A stretch of DNA of 64,000 nucleotides, taken from assembly GCA_030704615.1 (NCBI GenBank), contig CM060732.1, forward strand, positions 20,460,001-20,524,000. The letters are read 5' to 3'. The notes beneath the pieces are model-generated. The model had not been told where the DNA came from and ran no database searches. It saw only the letters and a program-made list of their open reading frames with translations. This document shows, piece by piece, positions 12,340 to 23,800 of the stretch. How positions within the stretch are numbered: position 1 is the first letter of the stretch; the number at the start of each line of letters is the position of its first letter. This DNA comes from Takakia lepidozioides. Taxonomy: Eukaryota; Plantae; Bryophyta. The translations under genes and the position numbers were made by a program.

Positions 12340-14110
12340 ATTTCATGCTTGACTTGTGGTCGCCTTTTGCCCAAAGCAGTGGTTTGGCTCGCCATCAACG
12401 CACTTGCACAACTTTTTGGGCAAGCTAACTTTTCTGTGCACACTCCCCTCAGTGTCTAGACTCCTCCTCCATCCGTTGCATGGATGAGGCTCTCCTCATT
12501 TGATGTACTTAGAGCATTTCATTTGGGGTTGCCTCACATCCCTGCCGAGCTACACACGCATCGGGCTTGCCCTTCGTCAGGAGCACTCCTCACAATCAGG
12601 CTCTTCTGCTCACAGACGGCTTCGGCACAGCCTCATGTTGGGACATGTAAGCGAGTATTCTCGTGCAGCTCGCACTCTCACACCATTTGTTCCCGCCCCA
12701 CCTTCTACAGACATTATTGCCGCTCTGTAGGCTCTTCATCATGAGGCAGACAACATCCTTCCAACTTTTGACTTTCATGACTTCGAGCCGGATCAAGACT
12801 TTCAGCTGGATCTGTCTATGTTCACCAAGGCTTTTATCCGAAGTTTGCATCTTTCCGCACCAGGACCATCTAGTATGTTATACGAACATTTTGTGTGACT
12901 GTTTTTATCCAAAAGACTCTGCTAGCGGCTTCTCCCAACTTTTTCAAGTCTATTAATACATCGCCGCTGGCTGCATCCCCACTCCAGTGCCACGTCTTCA
13001 CGGAGCCTCCTGACTACTAGCCATGACCAAACACTTTGGAAACAACATCCATCCCATTGCCCTCGGGGAAATTTTGTATCGTCTTGTCAGTCATTCCCTG
13101 GTCATAGTGTTGTGATGCATTATCTACCCATCTCTTCCCACATCAATTTTGTATCGCCACTCTAGGCACAGTGTGAGGCTGCAATACATAGGATTTGGGC
13201 TATTCTCGATCTTCACCCGGGCTCGGTTGTGTTTCAAGTTGAGGTAGCAAACTTCCTCAATCCCATCTCCCGGCCCGCAGCGCCATCTTCCAAGAACTTT
13301 GCTCTGCTGGAGGGGATTTCCACCAACTCAATATCCATTTTATCAGACTGTTCTATATTGCATCTGTCGCCCCCCTTTTTTACAGTCACCGTTCTTGTAT
13401 ATGCGATTATACCGTCATCCGGTCAGAGGTTGGCACCCGATAGGGCGATCATTGGGAGGGACTTTTGTTTGCCATGGCACATCTGCGCACCCTTACATCA
13501 TCTGCAATAGCATTCCCAACTTGTCAGTTCCCTCAGTTGCTGACGACACTCACATGATCATTGGCCTGGCCAGCTTCGAGGTACTTCCAGCGTACTACCA
13601 CTTCGCCGCTCAGCTTCAGGGTGTAGGGCTATTGGTTCAATCTTGCAAAATGTGTTGCATGGTCTCCAAACGCCTTGACCCAGACTTTGTACCTCCCATT
13701 GTAGATGAATGTTTGATGTATGGATAAAAGACCCTCAAATATTGAAAGACTGAAATTTACAATGTTTCATGCCAGTGATGACAAAACTCTTCGCATCTTA
13801 GTTTATAAGGTGTTGATGTAAACTCAGAACTATCATCAATTATTCTATTGCAAATGAAAAAAAAAACCCCTTTAGCCAAAGTTGGCACAAACAAATATCA
13901 TTTCACCATTCGGCTACCATCGACCTCTTATTGGAGATACACCATTTCAATTCTCCTACAATAAAAGTGGACAAGCCATTGTCCACTTTTAACGAATAAA
14001 GTGTTCACACACTTCATCACACCATATGACGGCATTCGCGTCTTGGGCGTCCCTGTTGGTACCACCTCTTCCACTTCATCTTTTTTGGAGAATGTTCCTG
14101 ATCAGAATGT
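12340..14110 (+). mobile_element. Degenerate CRE-type (restriction-like-endonuclease group) non-LTR retrotransposon
   Basis: Frameshifted remnants lie in the expected order: zinc finger CLTCGR..SSGLARHQRTC (~12346-12410), HPIALGEILYRLVS (~13050), CEAAIH..LDLHPGSVVFQVEVANFLNPISR (~13170-13275), TR*GD (QGDP box, ~13435), ADDTH (~13540) and GIRVLGVPVG (~14030). An AT-rich interruption lies at ~13700-14025. Confidence 0.75.
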
Positions 14111-14527
14111 CATTCATTCCTCGCCAACCTAATTTAGGCAATAGGTTTGGATGACTGATCAGTGTAAATAGCTTAGTTTACCTTGCTTCTCTCTCCTCGT
14201 TTTTTTGTCATTTCCCAAGTTTGGGGTTTTTCTATCCTGTGTTCAAATTCCTTGTGTTTCTTGTAAATAAAGTTGTACATGCAGATTTCATCATACTCCC
14301 TACCCTGAAGGACACGGCCAATAAAATGAGATTTCACATCTTTGTTCATGAGAATTGGTCTTATGTCTCAACTCCGAACATCAGTCTAATTTTGCAGCAA
14401 GGGAATTGGTTTCTCAGAGATTATCCCCCAATCTGACCATTTCCAATGTGAGCATTTCTCGTAAGAGTGGGGCAACCAGGAGTTGCAGTCAAGTCAAATA
14501 TTATCTAGGAGCTTTTAGAGATGTTAA

Positions 14528-15294
14528 CCCTTAAGTGTCAAAACTCATTTTCACCCTCTCGTGGAAAAACATGACCTTGGCCCACAAAAAAACATTTATC
14601 TATAGAATCTTTGTGTCCCTGTAAAACTGACCGTTGGAATTACTTCCCACCTACCCCACCTCCTACCACAAAAAAGTTTAACCAAAATCCAACTACCAGA
14701 TCTGAAGATTATGAAGTGTAGAGTGGGGACAAAAAAAAATCTCCACTAAGAACTAGGTGCCAAAAAAAGCAGTTTTTTGCTCGTATTTGACCCTCAACCC
14801 TCTCAAACCCCCGCCCTAGGTTTGGCCCACCCCTTGTGGCGTTTTTCTCGAGCCCCGAGCTTTGCCGCCATCGCGGCTGCCCCGCCCTGCATGGCGTTAG
14901 CCGGAGCTGCCATCGCCGTGGATTCAGGCTAGGGCCCAGCCCTGGGAATGCCTAGACCTGCGTTGGGCGCCATGCCCCTGCCGGGCAATCAAGGGGTTTG
15001 GGGGAGCGTGCCGCCCTAACCTTTATGGGGTATCTTTCAGTCACCCTAACCTGACCGCAGTTGCCATGTCAGCAACTTGGGCCAAATTGGCCTCAAAAAG
15101 CTGAGTGTGCCCCCTTCCAATTGGTCCAGACCCATACCCCTTCGGGCATTGACCAATTGGCCAATGCCATATGAAGGGGGACCCGATTATCTGTCGATTG
15201 AGCCAAAAAAAGGCCAATCAGCCTTAACACATGAAGTTATAGCTGGTTAAAGAAACCTAACCAACCCAAAACGGGTCGGTTTGACACTTAAGGG
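14528..15294. mobile_element. Non-autonomous piggyBac-like element (MITE), 767 bp
   Basis: TTAA at 14524-14527 and 15295-15298 flank perfect 15-bp terminal inverted repeats CCCTTAAGTGTCAAA / TTTGACACTTAAGGG. No internal ORF. Confidence 0.8.
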
Positions 15295-17818
15295 TTAATG
15301 TTAAGTGAGTATAGGTTTGAATATGTAGGCAGGTGTAACAACCTTGTGGATGCACGGAAAATTCGTATACGCACATGGATGAGATGTTGTCGAATTTGTG
15401 CACGGAAGGAGAAGCTGAGAGGATAAGTTTCCGGTCTGCATAACTAACAGTTGTAAACGGAGGCATTTGGATAGGTTTCAGCTGAGCCTCTATAGGAATA
15501 ACTTTACCAGCTACAGATGCAAAAGAATGGACTGGAATTTCTTCCCCACTAGGCTCCAAAGTATTGTATGAGGTTTCATTGAGGAGTTTCAAAATTTCTT
15601 GCTCTGTACGCTCATGTCTTAGTTGATCTGCAAAGTCTTGGTCTGCTCCTCTAGTTTCAACACCGCCACTTCGCACAACAATGTCTGCCAAGAGCTCCTG
15701 GCACCTCATCAGTTAGACACATTGCAGGCACAATTGGTGCCTAGAAAAGAAAATTAAACAGAGAGAAACACCTACACAATAGCAGGAGATGAATAATTTA
15801 AGAAGCTATTCTGCAAGAAGTATCTCATTGGAAGATGACATGCAAAGCCTAACAGAGCTCTAATGGCACATTACATAGCCCTTTCAAATGTTATATGCAA
15901 TTCCACTTGCTCCTATGAATACCTGCACACATTTTTTCATCAGCTCCACGCTAAACTGTGGCCCAGGGAGAGAGAAGAAGCAACCAATCCATGCAAAAAT
16001 AACCACCCAACATCACCAAAAAGAAATAAAAACAAGCGGCTAGTCGCGTAATGGCTCCACCCTAAAACTCCTAAAACTCTAAGTAGAAAATTTCCTTAAA
16101 AATGTTATTGAGATAAGATAATTACGTATTCACTACTTGGTAAACAAGGGGCAGAAGCCCTCTATTGAACTTTATTACAGATTATTTGAAGGGAAAAAAA
16201 TTAAAACCCTTGATTGTAATTTACATTTTAAGCATGTTCTGCATAAGAGCATGTTTTGCATGTTCTATTTTTTTTTTATATATTTTAAACATGTTCTGCA
16301 TAAGAGGAACAATTATTTATTTATTCATTTATAAAGCCGGGAACAGACTCAGGGCCTGGCAGAACTTTATTGATGTATGAATTAAGTAATCATGTATGAT
16401 AATGCAAAAATGATATTAAATTATTAAATTATTGAAATGATAGTTGAAATACTAACTAAAATATTGAGAATAACTAGCTGAAATATTAAAATACTTGCTG
16501 AAAATCTGGCTGAAATACTGAGATACTGAAATATTGAAATACCAATGTCTTCCCAATAATAATTCTGTCAACAGTCCAATGCTCTCTCTGCAATGGTGGC
16601 AGCAAAACAGATAGTGATGGCTGGTCCAACCATAACAAACCACAAGCAATTCAGAGAGGGGGTGTCTATCCATAATTTAGAGAGCCCACACAAAATGAGG
16701 TGCTAGCAAAGAGCGCCCCATTGCTTTCCATTTGTGGAGGCTGCCCCTGTTCTGTCGATATTATCACCTCTTGCCGCAACTTGGGTGTAACATCTGCATG
16801 AATGACTTCATTGGATAATTGATCTCTCAAATTCAAGGTTACATCCCTGAAATCTTGTATAATTAACTTTCCATTGGACGTCTGGCTAGTTCCGAACATA
16901 CCGCTCATCATTGGATATCAAGCAGTTATGGTAAAATGAGGTACTGAAGACCTACCACCTCATGTTGACTCCCCATTTCCCCACTGTTATGCAACTTTTC
17001 GATGCTAAATCCTCCGATACAGATACAAACATACAAACATATATACAGACACTGCTTGACACGATTGTTGGAGTATTACACATCCTGCAATCCGCCAAAG
17101 TAGAAGATTTGCAGGGACTCACCGAAAGGACAATATAGATCAACACACACAACAATAACTTGGACAAAATAGAAACCTAGGTCTTGCAGGCTGCCCTAAT
17201 TTGGAGGGTTTCAGATATAACTTATAACGGAGGTCAAACTTCGCAGCGGCATCGGACCACTCCCAGCCCATTACAAGTGTAGAGAAGGTAGACAGCAACA
17301 CAAAGGCTGACCATATCAACAACCACAGGAGGAAGCTACTTACTGTGCACAAGTTGTTGGCCTCGCACCGTCGCTCAAGTCTTCCTGCCAAGCGTTCCGC
17401 CCTTTCCTCCTTTAAGAAGTCCAAAGGCCAGGCTCCTCGCACAAACTGTACATATGGCACCATCTCTGCTCCCAGGGGTAGGACGACGAAGGCCAACGAA
17501 GGCCAGGGTTTTGCTAACATGAGAGCAGGGAGGAAAGGGAAGAAGTTTTCACTGGTCTCCAACCATTTCCCAATGGTTGTTACTGGTTAAGAATATATTT
17601 CAAAAATAAATAAATAAATACAAATCAATATTTGATGCTCATTAATATCAATAGCAATGTTAACTAGTGAAGGTATGTATGTGAAGTTTGGGTGTTTTCC
17701 GGTGAAGGCATATCAGGATCTTCACCCGTTTTGGCACTGATGTGATGCGTGGTCTCCTCTTGAGGGAGGAGCCAATAAAATTGGCAAAGTCTTTCAACAC
17801 AAGGAATGGAGTCTCAAC

Positions 17819-18569
17819 CAGTGTTGGCCGGGTATGGCATCTGGACATGCATACCCGGCGGTTATTTGCCGGTTATGCACATATGCATACCCGGAAAGTG
17901 CAGCCCCCGGAGGAACTGGCTATGGAAGGGAACCGGCAAAAGCCATCGAGCTTCCCTAACCGGCTAGAGAACTGGCATTGTGATTATAAGGGTGTTATAC
18001 CCGGAGCAGGATCCGGAGCAAATGGGGATGGCGTAGAGGCGGTTCTAGATAATATAGGTATAGGGGTTGGTGATGGTAGGGTGATGGTAGTTAAGATTAG
18101 GTGCACAACATTGAGGATGCCCAAGTAAATAGGAAATTAATTAGTTAGGCATTTGGCTAAACAATAGTTATAAACTTGGTGTATTACAGGGGCAGCCTGA
18201 AGGCAATAGATAGATGATAGGGGTTGAATGTTTGAACCCGAGACCCACAGGCCAATCCACGAGTGGCTTACCACCAGGCCACATCCCTCTTGTGTACTTT
18301 CACACACATACACAAAAATGCTAGAGAAAGTAAAAATATAAAATGGATGAATCCCATAGCCGGTACCATGGAACCGGCAATTTTTAAGATGGCATAACCG
18401 GTAGATTGAGAACCGGACAAGAAAAAATTCATGTGTTTAATGAGAACCTGTAACCGATATGTTTTTCAAACCTATTGATATACCCTGCTCCGGCCATCCA
18501 TTTTTTTCAAGGAGTAGGCCATAACCGGGACCGGAAGAGGGCTCAAAACATGGTACCCGGCCAACACTG
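17819..18569. mobile_element. Non-autonomous hAT-type element, 751 bp
   Basis: 16-bp TIRs CAGTGTTGGCCGGGTA / TACCCGGCCAACACTG. The 8-bp TSD is GTCTCAAC (17811-17818) versus GTCTGAAC (18570-18577). Many sub-terminal (A)ACCGG motifs. Confidence 0.88.
18226..18288 (-). mobile_element. Possible tRNA-derived SINE head inside the hAT element
   Basis: The minus strand reads gggatgTGGCCTGGTGGtaagccactcgtggattggcctgtgggtctcgGGTTCAAACattc, i.e. Pol III A-box and B-box-like motifs at tRNA-like spacing. Confidence 0.4.
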
Positions 18570-19554
18570 GTCTGAACCCACTTTCTCTTGCAATTCAGAC
18601 CGCTCTACAAGTCTCTCAAATGTCTTGCTGATTTTTAGATCACGTGAACCTGCAACACCCTGCCGACAAAGCCAAATCAGTGTGCAAGGATGACTTTGTT
18701 TGCATTCCATCCCACCTGAAGCACACAAGGCTAATGAACGTAATTTTTTTATTTAAAAAAATTAGATACAAACCAGTCATTAGTGTATTCAGGGTTGCAA
18801 TCTACTACCTATAGTAAAATAAAAGAAAAAGAAATCTAGCTTTCTAGCTTTTCAATATGTTTGAGAACATGCTTGCATAAAACCTAGTAACAAAGGCAGT
18901 CCTTATGAAAGCTTTGCAGGGTTACAACATTAAGAATGCTACACTGCAAAGCTCAATTTCGAATTGAAGAGATGAAGATCAAGACACGAAAAGGATGTAG
19001 GCCCTCTTGAGGGGGTGCCATATGTTCAAACTTTTCCATGAGGCAAGCCTTTGAGGCTGAAGAGTGAAGAGTGTCGGCCCTTGTGCTCCTTGTGAGCCTG
19101 CTTTGGTATTGTGCTGTACATATCCACCTTCTTATGAAGTCCACATAATGCAAACCCAACTTCCAAACTGTTTGTGGCACTTGTATCTACACACCACCTC
19201 CCTCCCCCAAACCATTATAGCAGCCGTAGCTGAAAATCCTGCAGAACCGGTATAGGTATCAGAGAAAGTTGCAGGTATTTGATGGGATCCATGGTCTCTT
19301 TGCGATACTGGAAATTTTGCATGTGAGTGATTTGTCAGGAGCGAACCGTTGTGTATTTGAGATGCACTGGCTTACAATAGATTCGCTTTCATGCAGGTAC
19401 AGAATCTAAATGCGTGCAATCATGGTGCCAGAGCAATCTGGGCTTGCAGAAGTTTCAGGGTTTATCAATCGAGACTGTGGGTGGCAAATTATGAGTTTCT
19501 GATCACATGTTTTCTGCAACATCGAACTAGTGTTTGCGGGGATATTTCTGAGAA

Positions 19555-20796
19555 ATGCCGCGGCCACTATATGCCGGGCTCTTCCACAGATTCCGGTGGT
19601 ACCGAACATCACCATGGCTCTTCCCCCTTCAGGCCAGCAGAATGTCCACCTTGAGTTGCGCCAGTGGCTCTGCTCCGTGTCCTCCAGCTGATCAAAGCTT
19701 CTCAGCGAGTCATGTAGGTAAAGACGGTAGGAGATTTCGGTTTGCAACTGTGGTGGTGCGATCTATGAAGGAGGGAGATTCAGCTTTGGGAGCATGGGCT
19801 CATGCCTGCTCTCTCATTGGCACTGCCTCTCCCACCCTGGCAGTCGTCTTCATCTCCAAGCCAACCAAATCGGCCCTCCGAGCAGTCCAGGAGCTAGCCG
19901 GGCAGCTATCTAGTGTGGATCCCAATTCTGGAACTGTCTCGCAGAAGTTGGATACCAATTCTGGCTGTAAAAGTTCTGGAACTGTTGGTGCCCCTGTAGA
20001 CAACTCTCTCATAGACAAGGCTGGATCTGCTGAAATTGCACCTTTCATAGGTTGTGTTTCTGAAGGACTGGTTGATGAATTTGGGGATGATTGGCAATCT
20101 ATTCGGCAGCTTCATGATACCAAGAGTGAAAAAGCTCTACAGTCTGAGGGAGAAAATTCTTCCAGCACCTTAGGCTCAATGGTGGGAAGAGATCCAGATT
20201 GTAGGGCTGCCGAGCTTAAAAAGAGAACAAATACACCTGCTCCGCAAGTGGAGGCGTCAGGGCGACAAAGTGACGCATTTTTAGGGTTCAAATACGAAGG
20301 AACACGAGGAGGGGCAAGTGTATCCCAAGCACATTGCATGTCAGATTTTGAGAGAGCACAGGGGACCTGTCAAACGGCACTTAGAACCTCCGGTAAGCAG
20401 AAGGCAGATTTAGGATTTGAGGCTCCGGTTAGGGCTTTAAGTGGGAAAGAGGACACAGAAATTGAGGATGAAGGGAGCATCTCAGATTGGGAGGAGGTGT
20501 TTGTTGAGTATGCTGACATGAAAGGGGAAGATATTTGCACCCAGGAAGGCCAAGAGAATGGAGAAGTGGACGGCAGGGATGTAGGTGATCATGTGGAGGT
20601 GGACATTACTGTGGGATCTGAAAAGGGGTCTGAAGTGTCGAGGCAAGGATTGATGGGGTCTTTGAATGATTTGCCTGAATCATCTTTAAAGCATGCAATG
20701 AATACTATCTTGCAACCTCCTGCTAGGCAAAATGCCACAGATAAGGTTTTGCCCATGGACAATGACCCTCATGGAGGTAAGCACATGGTGATGGAA

Positions 20797-20831
<35 letters not shown>

Positions 20832-23800
20832 TAAATGTAGCTAAGTTGTTGTAACAACATTCAAGAACTGTTTGATCTCTCTGCTCATGCAAAACTATGT
20901 CTGGGCTGAGTCTTCCTATGTTGACATAGAATCTCAGTACGGCTGCCACCCTCTGTCAGGAACTGATGAAATCAGTGGGAGTTATAATAGTCATGGTTGT
21001 TGATTTGTCTCATAGATTGACTCTCTCAGTTATGAGACAGCATTGTTCATGACTTCCCTTGATGTTATGTCCCATTGACTATGTTTTGAAAACTCTTCCT
21101 TGCCTTGGATGTGGCTATTTTATCTTTGGTTACCTCTCGATTGTGAGTTCAGAGTTTACTAAACTCTAACATTGCTATGTATACCTGTTGATATTTATCT
21201 TGCTGTGAAGTTAGTTCTTGTTATCTTCTCCAATTTCATGCATCTTACCTGCCTGAATTCGTCAGTGGCACCCAGACAAGGCCAGGTTGTGTTCCTTACA
21301 GAGTTATGTATGTCTCGTTGGCTGAGCTTTAAGGTTCCAACCTTTATTCTATTAGTAAAGGCTAAAGGTGTTGATATCAGTTACTCTTGATGTTTTTTTC
21401 TCATCTGTGTGCTGCACATTAACAAAACCAAGCTCATTGGGAAAGGGCTGCAAACAGAGTACATCGTTAGAGATAAAGAAGGGATAAAAAACAGAACTAC
21501 GCTGCATGGGTCAATTGTAGTTGGCAATTACCAACGCTCCTCAGCACTCTTACCTATGTATAAACGGTTGGGATGTAGGTACCGAGATAGCAGCTGCAAT
21601 CCCTGGAGAGGAGGAAGGTCTAGAAAGACAGACGGTTGTTGGGGGCCGAGAGGTCACCATTCCATTGAAGGACATGATCCAAGCACCGGAGATCACTTCA
21701 GGGAATAGGGGTATTACTGGGTCAACCTTAGGCAAAGATGAAGATGAAGAGTTTACGCTAGTGCTTTGTATGGGACATCTGCCAGGGGCACGGGCAGTTG
21801 GCTTTGTTTCACCCACAACTGGACTGCCATACCTACCTGACATGGAAAGGGCAGTCACTGTCAACAATCCGCATATTGTCATGTTGGGTGCCCCAGGTTA
21901 ATTTTCTTCCCTCTATCTCTTTTGACCTTGGTAGGTGGAGAACAAGCGGCGAGTTGTGAGTGTCTCTACCCTACCCATGAGGGACGTGTGACCATATATG
22001 ATCTCCTAATAATATATTGGGAACCTCCTGGTAATGTGGGATCAAATTGATTCCAAGACCGTAGTCTCTCCCTTGTAGGATAGAGAACTCTATGTGACCC
22101 TTAGACCGCTGTTATCTGTGGCGGTATTTCTTTTCAAGCTTGCTCGTGGAACACTACGTGACTCTCTTTCTCTGGTTATGTGTATGTATCTCTCACTCCC
22201 GGCTTTATAGGATGAGTCTTATTCAGCATGTTTTCGATATTGCAGGTTTTGAGTTTCCAGAATTCAACCGGAGACTCTCCACAGTCTTCCCAAAAAGCTG
22301 CAGGTGGGATATGGATGGATTTCTGATTGGTGATTTGTATTTTCTCTTCCATCTCACGCAAGAAAGATGCAGGGCTTTTGGATGGCCTTGGAGCTGCTGA
22401 TCTCTCACCCCCCATCTAGAACCTTATGATTGAACTTTATTTTGCATTAGGTGGAACTTTTTCTAGCCAATGTTGATAGATAGTCATTGAATTTACTTAA
22501 GAAGGGCTTGGATCCCATGGGTCACACTACAAGAGAGAGAGAAGGTAGTTTATTACATCCTGGGAGTCCCAAAGGGCCCAAACGTGTGGAGAGAGATAGA
22601 AGAGAGTTTTATAACTTTCACAAAGTGACACAAAGTAGATCCACAAGAAACCACTTCAAAAAGCATCAAAAAATGTTTGAAGGAGAGGGACAGAAAAAGT
22701 GAAATCATGGGTTTGCAGCCGGAACTCTATTAGGTGAGCTGCCATGTGAATAGAACTGATTGTGGCTCGCTCATAGTGGACACTGTCTGTTTGAATAATC
22801 TAGCTTCACTCTAGCTGGTCTGAAGCAGAGTTGGACACTAGTAGTGAGGCACAGCTCTTATATCGGTTGGCTGTGTAGTCAAGTCAGAATCATCACCACT
22901 GCTCAAATATACTCCTCACATGATATCATGCCCCTGTTTTTGGGTTTAAAACCCACCAGGGTTTCAAGGCAGCTTGAGATGAAGGCACTTGTCCTATCTC
23001 AGGACAATGCGGTGACAGCGTTTCCAGTGTTGAGTTAAGGTCTACATGATAATAAGAGGCCTTTGTTAATTTTACACTGCCAATGTAGCCCTGTACCTTA
23101 ATCTGCCTGCAGTCACATGCCACACAAACTGTAAAACAGCAGAGCCGAGAGCGGATGAGATCTTGAAGGTGACTTCGGAGTGTTGCCGACTTCTGAGTGT
23201 TGCCGCCTTGGTTGCAGAGCAGGTGCATTTCTAGCACCTTTGTTTAGCTCCACTCGCAACCAATCGAGCAAACTTGCTGAACAGAAGACTGGCCCTCTCT
23301 TCTACGGCCTTCAGAATACTATGAAGGGTGTCGTTGGCCTTGCAGTCTCTTCTGAAGGTATTACCATCATCAATCTCATCATGTTTGAGTATTTTGAGTT
23401 CTCCAACAAACTGCCCCAACAGAAGGAATGGCTGTCCATTTACCGGTTTGCATTCTTGTTGCGGTTTCGATCTCAATGGAGTGTAGGTTTTTGTGATGGA
23501 TGAAAGGACCTGATGGATCCTTTGCATCCATGACAAGATTTGGCATTGGAGCATTGTGAGGACATAGTTGCTTCCATCCATACAGTTGTTGAGTTCTTTG
23601 TGCATGATTTTTGAAAATCAAGTCCTTCAGATGCACAAGAGTGAGCACGAGAGGTATACGTTGGCACTAATGAAATCCGCTTGACTGTGAGGGTGCTGGT
23701 GGATGGGTCAGAGGGAGCAGGTGAGGTACCTGTGGATGCATTTGCTCAGTTTGTGCAAATGTCTCTGGGGATGCCGTGTATACCTGGTTTTATTTTCCTC

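Noticed and set aside
16465-16525. ctgaaatat-type short repeats
   Set aside because: Low-complexity and AT-rich; no further structure.
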